Shown here: positions 1-12,214 of the stretch, piece after piece
How the letters are laid out: every line of letters begins with the position of its first letter
Numbering within the stretch: position 1 is the stretch's first letter
Assembly: GCF_009914755.1 (NCBI RefSeq)
Contig: NC_060933.1
Length of the DNA: 64,000 nt
Strand: one strand, 5' to 3'
DNA from: the human T2T-CHM13v2.0 reference genome, Homo sapiens
Position numbers and translations under genes: made by a program
Notes under the pieces: model-generated
Databases searched by the model: none
The model's input: the letters and a program-made list of their open reading frames with translations, nothing else
What the model was told of the DNA's origin: nothing

Positions 1-1615
1 TATATACCCAAAGGATTGTAAATCTTTCTACTATAAAGACACATGCACACGTATGTTTATTGCAGCACTAGTCACAATAGCAAAGACTTGGAACCAAAGC
101 AAATGCCCATCAATGATAGACTGGATAAAGAAAATGTGGCCGGCCAGCCGCCCCATCCGGGAGGGAGGTGGGGGGGTCAGCCCCCCGCCCGGTCAGCCGC
201 CCCGTCCGGGAGGGAGGTGGGGGGGTCAGCCCCCCGCCCGGCCAGCCGCCCCGTCCGGGAGGGAGGTGGGGGGGTCAGCCCCCCGCCCGGCCAGCCGCCC
301 CGTCCGGGAGGGAGGTGGGGGGGGGGGTCAGCCCCCCTGCCCGGCCAGCCGCCCCGTCCAGGAGGTGAGGGGCGCCTCTGCCCGGCCGCCCCTACTGGGA
401 AGTGAGGAGCCCCTCTGCCCGGCCAGCCGCCCCGTCCGGGAGGGAGGTGGGGGGGTCAGCCCCCCGCCCGGCCAGCCGCCCCGTCCGGGAGGGAGGTGGG
501 GGGGTCAGCCCCCCGCCCGGCCAGCCGCCCCGTCCGGGAGGGAGGTGGGGGGGGGGGTCAGCCCCCCTGCCCGGCCAGCCGCCCCGTCCAGGAGGTGAGG
601 GGCGCCTCTGCCCGGCCGCCCCTACTGGGAAGTGAGGAGCCCCTCTGCCCGGCCAGCCGCCCCGTCCCGGAGGGAGGTGGGGGGGTCAGCCCCCCGCCCG
701 GCCAGCCGCCCCGTCCGGGAGGGAGGTGGGGGGGGGGGTCAGCCCCCCTGCCCGGCCAGCCGCCCCGTCCAGGAGGTGAGGGGCGCCTCTGCCCGGCCGC
801 CCCTACTGGGAAGTGAGGAGCCCCTCTGCCCGGCCAGCCGCCCCGTCCGGGAGGGAGGTGGGGGGGTCAGCCCCCCGCCCGGCCAGCCGCCCCGTCCGGG
901 AGGGAGGTGGGGGGGGTCAGCCCCCCCGCCCGGCCAGCCGCCCCGTCCGGGAGGTGAGGGGCGCCTCTGCCCGGCCGCCCCTACTGGGAAGTGAGGAGCC
1001 CCTCTGCCCGGCCACCACCCCGTCTGGGAGGTGTGCCCAACAGCTCATTGAGAACGGGCCAGGATGACAATGGCGGCTTTGTGGAATAGAAAGGTGGGAA
1101 AGGTGGGGAAAAGATTGAGAAATCGGATGGTTGCCGTGTCTGTGTGGAAAGAAGTAGACATGGGAGACTTTTCATTTTGTTCTGCACTAAGAAAAATTCC
1201 TCTGCCTTGGGAAAAAAAAAAAAAAAGAAAATGTGGCATATATACACCATGGAATACTATGCAGCCATAAAAAAGAATGAGTTCATGTCCTTTGCAGGGA
1301 CCTGAATGAAGCTGGAAACCGTCATTCTTAGCAAACTAACACAAAAACAGAAAACCAAACACTGCACGTTCCTACTCATAAGTGGGAGTTGAACAATGAG
1401 AACACATGAGCACAGGGAGGGGAACATCACACACTGGGGCCTGTCGGTGGGTGGGGACTAGGGGAGGGATAGCATTAGGAGAAATACCTAATGTAGATGA
1501 CATGTTGATGGGTGCAGCAAATCACCATGGCACGTGTATACCTATGTAACAAACCTATATGTTCTGCACATGTATCCCAGAACTTAAAGTATGAAAAAGA
1601 AAAAAAAAAAAAAAG
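1..1615 (+). mobile_element. L1PA (L1PA6-8-like) ORF2 end and 3' UTR with poly(A), interrupted by the SVA at 141-1223
   Basis: L1 ORF2 C-terminus MFIAAL.TIAKTWNQ.KCPSMIDWIKKMW. Resumes at 1224 (atgtggcatatatacaccatggaatactatgcagcc). G-rich 3' UTR and A tail at 1594-1614. Confidence 0.93.
141..1223 (+). mobile_element. SVA retrotransposon (SVA_F/E-like): VNTR plus partial SINE-R plus poly(A), 5'-truncated and 3'-shortened
   Basis: GC-rich VNTR units cggccagccgccccgtccgggagggaggtgggggggtcagcccccc. SINE-R start cccaacagctcattgagaacgggccaggatgac. A tail from 1212. TSD aaagaaaatgtggc at 127-140 and 1224-1237. Confidence 0.96.
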
Positions 1616-2127
1616 AATGCTGATGTGTCAAAGTCATCCTAAGAAAACTGTACTGCCATGCCATACTGGCATAAAAGGCTACCCAAATCTCCTTACAGTA
1701 CCATACGATTTCTCAGAACCTAATATCTGCTGCTGAGACCAATAACTATTAGAGAATAGATTTTTGAGGAATGAGTTTTATTGCAGTAATTCTGACCAAA
1801 TAGCAATTAATCCATTGCTTTTCCCTTGGGATGGCTAAAGAAGGCAGCTGCAGACACATACGTACTGGTGAACACATTATTTGGCTGCCATCGGGTCTGA
1901 GCTGCTCAGAGGACAGCTTTGAAGCACTGATCGGTGGAAGAAGCCACACCTGGTGGGATTGGCCCATGCAAACTACAGGTAAACATTCTCAGCCGAGTCT
2001 TGCCAACAATGGCAATCTGTGCCTCACACAGTCAAGAACACTCTTGACAAGAACTCAGCCGGGCCGGCGCCATCCAGCCTGACTCAGACTATGACCAATA
2101 CTTCTTCAGGGTAATATTTCCTGCAGG

Positions 2128-2310
2128 GCAGTGGCACTCAGCCTTGGCTGCACAGCAGAATCACCTAGGGAACCTAGAAACTTTCTGTGGCCAGGCCTTC
2201 CACCCAGGCCAATTAAAATCAGCACCTCTAGAAGTGGAAACTCTAGTATTGGTTTTCTGAAAGCTGCCCAGAGGGTTCTAACGTGCAGCCAAGCGTAAGA
2301 AGCACTACCA
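2128..2310. mobile_element. MER5-type hAT-Charlie DNA transposon relic
   Basis: Inverted ends cttggctgcac...gtgcagccaag, internal agaatcacct. Confidence 0.65.
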
Positions 2311-2970
2311 TAGGGTGATATTTGGGCTTGAGCCCAGGTGGTGAGAAGCCTTGGTAGAGGAACCTGCAAACCACCACTTGCTTGGGGAAGTCTGCATTCC
2401 TCCCAGTCTTGAACAATTACTGACAAGTGCTTTATTTGTCTGCGCTCATTAGGGTCAATCTGATTCGTCTAGGGATATGAGAAGTGCTATTTGAGATGCC
2501 TTTGATTTTTCTTCCTGAAACATTGACACAATGATATGTACTCAACACCTACTTTGTGAGAGCCTGGAATTTGGTAAAAACAAAACAACATACTCAAGTG
2601 AAATATTCATTTCTGGGGTGATTTCATGGAGGGAGGGCGAAGCACATATATCCACCAACAGCGCAATGTAATGTACCACTGAGTGGGTGGGGACGAAGCA
2701 GAATTACAAGTGTTGTAAATATCATAGAACTGTCATTAAATTGGCCCTGCCAATTTTGAAACTAAAAGTTTATACTGCAAGAGTGTAAACATGAAGAAAA
2801 TAAAAAGGAAGCAACTCTTACCATGTCCTAGTTACCTATGGCCCTCTTCTCCTGCATTTTATTGTACTTTTCCTGTGCTTGAGGATTTCAAAGAGAAGCA
2901 CTATGTGTGCAATGGTGGGCAAGTGGGAGGCCTGGCCTTGAGGGAGACAGCTTCTTAGAAGAGATATTCC

Positions 2971-3223
2971 GTATGGAATTCTGGGTTGAAAATTCTTTTC
3001 TTTAAGAATGTTGAATATGGACACAGGAAGGGGAACATCACACACTGGGGCCTGTTGTGGGGTCAGGGGAGGGGGGAAGGACAGCATTAGGAGATATACC
3101 TAATGTTAAATGACGAGTTAATGGGTGCAGCACACCAACATGGCACATGTATACATATGTAACAAACCTGCACGTTGTGCACATGTACCCTAAAACTTAA
3201 AGTATAATAATAATAAAAAAAAG
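2971..3223 (+). mobile_element. Short L1PA (L1PA4-like) insertion: inverted ORF1 fragment (about 2972-3018) plus 3' UTR and poly(A)
   Basis: The minus strand encodes IFNILKEKNFQPRI (L1 ORF1p). Then ggacacaggaaggggaacatcacac...aaacttaaagtataataa. TSD gaagaga(t/c)attcc at 2958-2970 and 3224-3236. Confidence 0.9.
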
Positions 3224-3473
3224 GAAGAGACATTCCAGATTTGATAACACTCAGAAATTCATCAACAGAAGCCTATTTGTCAGATTACTCCGGATTTGAG
3301 TCACTGATTGCTTGGGGGCTGATATTTATAAAACAAAGATATTTTATTAGAATTGTTTAAGATGTAAATCTCACTCACAATGGTAACAGGTTCCAAGAAC
3401 TTACCTGCTTAGGATACGAAGCCGGGTTAGGAGGCAGAGTTGATAGAAATGAATGACATAAAAAAGTACTTAC

Positions 3474-3589
3474 TGATTCTCTCTTTTCTTCTTAAGTGGG
3501 TCCATGAGGCGCAGAGTGTCTCTGATCACAGCCACTTTCACTTCTTCATCAACGAGGCTGGGGACATTTTCAAACACCCCTGGAGAAAG
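3474..3589 (-). CDS. TTLL11: TTLL11 coding exon (116 bp): LSPGVFENVPSLVDEEVKVAVIRDTLRLMDPLKKKREN(Q)
   Basis: Manual translation, in frame with the previous exon. Acceptor ttcaag|CTT, donor AAT CA|gtaagt. Matches the recalled TTLL11 sequence. Confidence 0.92.
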
Positions 3590-4348
3590 CTTGAACGGGT
3601 AAGGATTCTGTGTCACAGTGGAGACCGTGATTCCGTGCCAAGTGGCTATCCAGCTAGCTCCAGGGGTTATACTAGTAAATTTTGCTTATGCTAATCTATA
3701 GAAGAAAATTTTTAAAGACTTCCTTTATACTACCTTAAGAATGTCGATTTCCTTTTATAAATTAACCAAATACATGAAGAGGAAAAATAGCACTATGTTT
3801 TTCTAATTATCAAAATGATACATGCTCACTGCAAAAAATTAAGAAATATAGAAAGGGGTTAAGAAAACTAAAATAATCCATATAATCCTCTCTAAACCCA
3901 ATATTGATATCTGCTGTATTTCCTTCCAGTTTTTTTAAATGCATTTTTTGGGGGAGGGGGAGAAAAATATAACCACTGCTAAATGTATTATTTATCTTAG
4001 TGATTCAAGTATGTCAACATGACTAAATCATACTCATAGAATTTCAATTAGTTCATCTCCTGAGGCTAATTAGTTCATGTCAAAACTGATGGGAAGGCTC
4101 AGCTGCTTCTAAGTTTCCAAACCTTCAACACTGGAAAAACAGCATGCTGGGAAGTGACCACAGGTCAGATAGGCTTTGTATTAATAGTCTATGTTGAGAA
4201 CTCAACAAAACTGAAATTATTTGACTTGAACAGAATTTGGCTATGAAAATCTGAGAATGTCCAATCTTGTTTTGTTAAGTGAGCAACATGAGGGTAGGAA
4301 TATTCAGCTGTATGGCAACATAGTCAATGAGATGCTCAAAATACTTAC

Positions 4349-4444
4349 TTCGTGCTCATGTTCGATTCTCATACTGGGATTTGCATTTACTTCAAGTAGT
4401 ATAGGCTTCAGATTTTTCATTAGAAGAATGTCAAAGCCTAAAAT
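4349..4444 (-). CDS. TTLL11: TTLL11 coding exon (96 bp): ILGFDILLMKNLKPILLEVNANPSMRIEHEHE, contains the catalytic ExN motif
   Basis: Lies within ORF 4304..4537. Acceptor gcccag|ATT, donor GAA|gtaagt. GFD...LLEVN.NPS is the TTL-family active-site motif. Confidence 0.97.
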
Positions 4445-4881
4445 CTGGGCAGGATAAACACAATTCAGAATTACTGTCTCTATTGAGTATGGTATTAGGG
4501 TCATTAAGTTGAAAATAAATTCAAACTCAGTCCCCAACCTTGGCCTTGACCCTGGCTTCTCTTGTCCACAGCCCCTCTTCCTCTGGGGGTACTTGTCAGA
4601 CCAAATGGACAGCAGAAAATTTTACAGGAACCTTGATAATGGGATGAGTTCCCACAGTGCGTTTCAGCACTGTCTTTGTCGTCTGAAGGGCTGTTGATGA
4701 CCTCTTTCTTCTTTAACAGGTTTTTTATTATGTTGAGGATGAGTAGTAGCCCATCAATTTCTCCCTCTGCCTTTTCTTCTGCTCTCGTTTACTAAGTGGC
4801 TTCTTAGCTAGCTCTCTGAGAACCTAAGGCTGCTTTTGCAAACCTGAGGTATACATCAGTGTCATATAAGGACCCCGTTCA

Positions 4882-5214
<333 letters not shown>

Positions 5215-5525
5215 CTACAGAGTCAGAAGTGCTTAGAGCGGAACCCAGGTGAATGTATTTTAAATAAAGCAAATTCCCCAGGTGATTCAGATACACCCTC
5301 TTAGTTAAGAAGACAGGAATATTGATTAGGCACCTACTAGGCACCCATTACTGTACAATGCACTGATTATTCATAGTCTCACTGAATCCTCATGACAGCG
5401 TATTTGAAGAAGGGATTATGTGCTCCACTTTACAGAAGCAGAAACTGAAACTCAGGAAGGCCAATGGATTTCCCAGAAACCGCCTAGCTAGTTAATCAAT
5501 GACAGAGCTGGCTTTCACACCCAAG

Positions 5526-5651
5526 CAGGACTGACTACACAACATAAAAATGCAGGGCCCTTTGTTCAAAAAGGATGAACAGTTTCACATAGTTAAACCA
5601 AGCTCAGAGCCCTTCTAAGCGCAGGGCCCTGTGTGACACCCCTGCACAGGT
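5526..5651 (-). mobile_element. MER45A-like DNA transposon relic
   Basis: aaaatgcagggccctttgttcaaaaa...gcccttctaagcgcagggccctgtgtgac matches the recalled MER45A reverse complement. Confidence 0.6.
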
Positions 5652-7123
5652 GGAGTTCTCCAACACCGTCTGCTTCACGCCTGCTCTTAAATCCAGCATT
5701 CTGCCTTGGGTGAAGCTTTGTCTTCCAGTCACTCGGGTTTCTTTCTATTCCTTACAGCTCCTACAACTGGGGCCAGCCACTCATGAGCATCTCGTTCTCT
5801 CTGCCTAGAACAACTCTTCATCTGGATAACTTTTGCTCATCCTTGAGATCGCTGCCCCTAATGAGATTCTGATTCAGACGACAAGGACTTTCGATTTTCC
5901 AGAGGACTCTCATTATGGCTACAGAAGTGATAATGCAGAAAATTTCTAACATAATTAATAGAACCCCAAAGTCTCAAAAAATTAATGTGGAGAATAAAGA
6001 GAAAAAAGAAAAAGATAGGGTTGTAGACTCCCCTTCTCTGTGGATTCAAGGAGGAAAGATGAGGGAAATCCATTTACTAGTCTATATAGAATATGCATTA
6101 GTTAAATGATAATTATTAAACTGTAGCTCCATCCTTATTAATGAAATTAGAGCCTGAATGACCATTTTTGGGGGCTGATTCAAGATGAAGTTATTTTTCA
6201 ATGAAGGGCAATAAGGATGAAAAGTTGGGAAAAGTCATCCTCACTCTATTTTTCTTTCCTTGGTCATGAAAAGAAAGAAATGGAAATTCAGTAGAAAATG
6301 TTGCATGGATTATAGATCTGCTTAATAATACATGACAAGTGGATGTGAGTGATGAGGCCTTTTAGAGACTCTGGTGACATCATCAGTCTAACTCCAGACC
6401 TGGTCTGAGACATGTGATGTTGATGAGGCTACAGAGAGCAGCAGGCTGTGGTGATGACGTTTATCATCCTTAGTCATCAACTCTTACTTTTTGGTATATT
6501 TTGTACTTTCTCAGCCTGGTGGACTCTTCCCAGTTCAATGCCCAGTGGTTTCATGAATGTGAAGGTGGGAATGCTGGGAGCTGGAGCAGGGGTGTTAAAG
6601 CCTCATCAGCCCTGTCTACACCCACCAGTGGCATGAAATTTTCCAGAACCTAAACTTGAGTGCATGTTTTTGAATATGCTGGGTCTTGTATAGGAATGCT
6701 TTGGAGTTAGAAAGACCTGGGCTCCAATCCCAGCTCAGTCCCTTACACTAGCTACATGACTCTAGGTAAGGTACTTAGCCACTCTGAGCCTCAATGATCT
6801 CATCTGAAAAATGAGGATAACAATAGCTATCTGTCAGGGTTGTTGATAATGGCAGTGAAAAGCAATACCTAGGCCTATGCTCATCATATAGAAGGTACTC
6901 AATATATGCTATCTCTTTCCAGTTTCCTGCCAATTCCACCAAAAAGAAATGGCATTAGTGTGCTTTGTAGTCAAGAGGGGCTCATTTCATATCTTAGTTC
7001 TGCCTTTAACTTGTGTGACTACAGGCAAGTTACTTAGCAGCTCTAAGCCCAAATTTCCTCATCTATAAAATGGAACTATGAATGTTACTTACTTACCTTA
7101 GTTCATCCATTCAGAAAATATTT

Positions 7124-7508
<385 letters not shown>

Positions 7509-7914
7509 TAAACAAGTCTTAGACTCCAGTAGGGGAGAAAAGATCAAATAAAGATAATGCAATATAACATTTTTTGCACAGTGCTTGATACATAGAAAGT
7601 GCTTAATGAGAGCCAGCTTTATGACATTTTTTCACAAGTTCAAGGAAATATGCATGATTTTCTTTTCAAAAGTCCAATAAAATATGTAGCATCAATGGAT
7701 CTTAATAAACAGAATCACAGAACTGGGAGATATGTAGAGTTATCTTGTCATAAAATCACAGAATGTCCCAGCTGGCAGAAAATCAGGTATTTACTTGGTC
7801 CAGTGGTTTTCAAACCGGGGTTCTTTTCTGGGGTCCCAAGGGAGAGGCCAACCAGATCAGATCAAATTTGACCTTTTACCTATGTGATAAACTGGGGTTC
7901 CCAAGGAAAAAGCT

Positions 7915-7953
<39 letters not shown>

Positions 7954-7955
7954 TT
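7915..7955. repeat. (TTTA)n microsatellite
   Basis: About 10 TTTA units. Confidence 0.95.
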
Positions 7956-8360
7956 GAAAATTCACTTTGTGCAGACAAGGAATGTGCAGCTTAGCATGGG
8001 GAAAGCCTCTTTCCAAGTCCCTCTAACGGAGCAGGAATTGTAAATGGAGAGCTTTTCAACCATGTGATATTCTGCCTCCCCAAGTAATTAAATCAGCAAT
8101 TATGTGTTGATCACCTTCTACTTGAGGGGCTCCCTGGGGGGTTTAAAGATATCTGTCCTTCATTCCCGACCTCTAGAAGCTTCAAATCAAGTTGGGGAGA
8201 TTCCTGAGCCATTAATTATAAATTTATGCAAAGGTTCCAAACTACATCCTAACAGCAGTGGTTCGTTCCTGAGCCCCACGCCTACCCTTCCATCTGCATC
8301 CACAGTATCCCCAACTGGGAGGTCCTAGAGTCCACAAATTCAGCGTATCCAAACTCACTC

Positions 8361-8921
8361 TGTGGTCAACTGTTTCTAAGATGGTCCCAATGATCCCTAA
8401 CTCCTGGTATTCATTCCTTTTGTGGAATGCCCCCTCGCACACACTGGGGTGTGACCTCACCTAGTAACTTGTTTCTAACAGATAGAATAGGGCAGAAATG
8501 ATGAAATGTCACCTCTAATATTGGGTTATAAAAAGACCGTGGCTTCTATCTTGGGGGGCTTTCTCTCACTCTCTTGCTCACTCACTCGGAGGGAGGCCAC
8601 CTGCCATATTGTCATGAGCTGTCCCATGGAGAGGCCCAGGTGGCAAGGAACTGATTTCTCCAGCCAACAGTTAGAGGGTACCTGAGACCTGCCAACAGCC
8701 ATGGGAGTGGGCTTGGAGGAGGAGCTTTCCCCAGTCAAGTTCTGAGATGACTGCAGTCCTGGCCAACATGTGGGCTGCAGCCTTGAGAGAGACTTTGAGC
8801 CAGAAGCAGTCAGTTAAGCCTAAATTCCTGATCCATGTGTACTGCGAGATAGTGGGTATTTGTTGTTTTATGCTGTTAAGGTTTGGGGTAATTTGCTACA
8901 CAGCAATAGATAACAAATACA
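8361..8921 (+). mobile_element. MLT1 (MaLR) solo LTR, MLT1F-like
   Basis: Starts tgtggtc..tctaagatggtccc and ends gtaatttgctacacagcaatagataacaaataca. Confidence 0.75.
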
Positions 8922-9647
8922 CCATATTTTTCTAAAATCTCCTTTGTTTTCTGTATTCCTTATCCACCCAATCACACAAGTCAAAACTTTCCCTTCATCC
9001 CTTACAACCAGGTGGCCACTAACACCTGCACACTCTACTGCCTAAAAAGCTTTCTAGACCTGGCCCATCCCCTCTGCTTCTACTCTCCACAAGTCTGTGC
9101 CACCTCTCACTTTTCCTCTGCTCTCAAACTTGCTCCTCTAATTCATCTGACACAAGGGGCTGCCAGAGCCATTTTTCTAAAGTGCAAATAGACTATTAAC
9201 AATCCTTTGCCCAAAATCCGTGTCTACAAAATGAAGCCCAAGTCCCACAGCATGTCCTACAAATTGCTCTATGGCCTGACATCTGTCAACACTCCAGCTT
9301 TATCTCCTCCCACTTACTATTACTACACATCTTGGGCTCTCATTGTGCTGAAACATTAGTAGTTCAAGGATGCTTTAGTGCTCTCTGCCTTCATACTTTT
9401 CTGCCTGAAGGCATTACTTACTTTGTGAATTATTTACTGGGCACTACTAGATACCAGGCACTGTTCTTGGCACTGAGCATAAAGCAGTGATAAAACAAAA
9501 CTCCTACCCCCTTGTAGCTTATGTTTTAGATGGGAGAGATACCACAAGCAAGTCAATAATGAAAGCAAGGTAAGAACACAGAGTGTGATACAGTGGGTGG
9601 AGGAGAGCATTTGGTGATCTACCTAGGAGGGCCAGGGGGGCCTTTCT

Positions 9648-10296
9648 TTTTTCATTTTTTTTCACAGCAAAATAAGTTTTTTATTGAAAAAGATAAATTC
9701 AGAGAATGAGATTTGGATTCCAGTTCTAATACAAACACTGGACAGGTATACTTGAGTGAAACACCTTACCATTGCAGTAACCCATCTCCAGACTATAAAA
9801 TAAGGAAATATCCTCGTGCCTTACCTCTTTCATAGTAAGGACTGAAACAAGTAAACCAAGGGAAAGCACTTTGTGAACTGTAGGAAAAGCACCAAAAGCT
9901 CTGATTATAGTAATGTCAGTTCCTATTAGCTCTCCACTAACCTAGATCCAGCAGCTCTGCAGTTGAACCAGCTACCTTCCCACCCACCTCACATGCAGCC
10001 CTCCAGATAGATTCTGTGGTTTTCTAGTTGACCATACTTGTAAGAACCTCAGATTCCTCCTGTCCACCAGTATGAGTCTTGTCTAGTTCTACCATTTGAC
10101 CCAACCATCCCATTACTGGGTATATACCTAAAGGATGATAAATCATGCTGCTATAAAGACACATGCACATGTATGTTTATTGTGGCACTATTCACAATAG
10201 CAAAGACTTGGAACCAACACAAATGTCCATCAATGATAGACTGGATTAAGAAAATGTGGCACATATACGCCATGGAATACTATGCAGCCATAAAAA
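9648..10296 (-). mobile_element. Composite L1-mediated insertion: inverted L1PA ORF2-end fragment (10090-10296) plus about 430 bp non-L1 sequence with AATAAA and poly(A)
   Basis: Poly(T) at 9648-9662, tttatt at 9680-9685. TSD aggg(g/a)ggcctttct at 9634-9647 and 10297-10310. L1 peptide MFIVALFTIAKTWNQHKCPSMIDWIKKMWHIY on the + strand. Confidence 0.8.
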
Positions 10297-10324
10297 AGGG
10301 AGGCCTTTCTAAAGAGGAGACACT

Positions 10325-11835
10325 TGTCATTCTATTGTCTCTGGCCAGAACAGTTTCTGATGAGAACATTGTGGTTATTCTTTGTTCTTCTGAACATAGT
10401 GTATCTTTTCTTTCTGACTGCTTTTAAGATTTTCTGATCATCACTGGTTTTCCAATAGTGTGATTATAATCTGGGGGGAGTGTGTGTGTCTGTGCATGTG
10501 TGTGTATTTTACTTGGAATGTCTTGAGCTTCTTAGATTGTGGGTTTATAGTTTTTTTTCAAATTTGGAAAATTTTGGCCATTATTTCTTCAAAAGTTTTT
10601 TTTTTTTTAAATATTCCCTCTCTCTTCTGCCCTGGGACTTCAATTACACATATGTTAGACCACCTGATATTGGACCATAGTCCACTGAGGGTCTGTTCTT
10701 TTTTTTCCTTGTCATTTTTCTCTACTTAATTTTGGACACATTCTATTGCTACGTCTTCAAGTTCACTGATGATTTCTTCTTCAGTGTCTAATTTGCTGTT
10801 AATCACATCCAGTGATATTTTCATCTCAGAGATTATATTTTCTGTTATAGAAGTTTCATTTGGCTCTTTTCACTAGTTTCCATTTCTCTCTTCACTAAGC
10901 TCATATGTTCCTTAAAATTTGTGTATATAGTTATAATAGCTGTTTTAGTATCCTTTTCCTGCTAGTTTCATCATTTCTGATATTTTTGGATCTGTTTCTC
11001 TGAAATGATTTCCCCATTGGTAAAGGTTACCTTTTCCTATTTTGTGGAATGTTTAGAGATTTTTTATAATTGAATGCTGGACGTTGCGATATTTCAATGC
11101 TGAGTGTCTGGACTTTGTCTTTCTTTTAAAGTGCTGGGCTTTGTTTTGGCAGTCAGTTATTTGCAAATCAGCCTGATGCCTTCAAAGCCTTTTGCTTAAG
11201 GTGAATAGCATGGGTCTAGAGTAACCTTCATCCCAGGGAGAATTTAACCCTCGCTGTTAAGGCAGAACTTCTTTGGAGACTCCATTGCATGCTCCCAGCC
11301 ATCACCAAAGACTCTTCACTCTGTTCGGGGCTCAAATGCCTCCGTGCCCTGTGTGAGCCCTGGAAATGGTTTAGCTTATCAGTCCCCCAGTTATTCTTTG
11401 TCCAGCTTTGTGGATTAACCCTCCATATATGCATGGCCTAGGACTCAGCAGAGACCCACTGAGATCTCACTCAGCTTTCTGGAGCTCTTTTCCTGCTTAG
11501 CTCCTTCCTTTCTGTAATTCTGCCCCACAAATTCCAGCTACCTTAGCCTTCCCAAACTTCAATCTTCAACTCCTCAACTCAATGAGGTCACTGGATGCTG
11601 TTTAGGTTTACCTCCTCTGTGTCCATATTCCAAAAATTGCCCCCAGATGAAAAGCTGAGGCAACCATAAGACTCACCTTGTTTTTTCCCCTTTTTCTCAG
11701 AGATCACAGTGCTGAGCTATCTGTGGTCCAAAGTCTGAAAATGTTTCTTTCATGTACACACTCATATATATTTCTGGTAGTCTAGTTGTTTGCAGAAGGA
11801 GGTTATTGTTACTCCCTCATCACCAGAAGCAAAAG
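10325..11835 (-). mobile_element. Old L1M fragment (5'/ORF1 region)
   Basis: T-rich degenerate antisense L1 (gggacttcaattacacatatgttagaccac, tcttcaagttcactgat). Confidence 0.7.
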
Positions 11836-11866
11836 TCTCAGGGAGGTGACATATGGACAGGGGCTA

Positions 11867-12196
<330 letters not shown>

Positions 12197-12214
12197 AGAA
12201 TAAGTCATGTTTGA

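Noticed and set aside
43-1270. Overlapping Pro/Gly/Arg-rich ORFs up to 181 aa, and a repeat array superficially like a CRISPR
   Set aside because: These are translations of the stop-poor SVA VNTR and L1 ORF2 end. There are no unique spacers and no cas genes.
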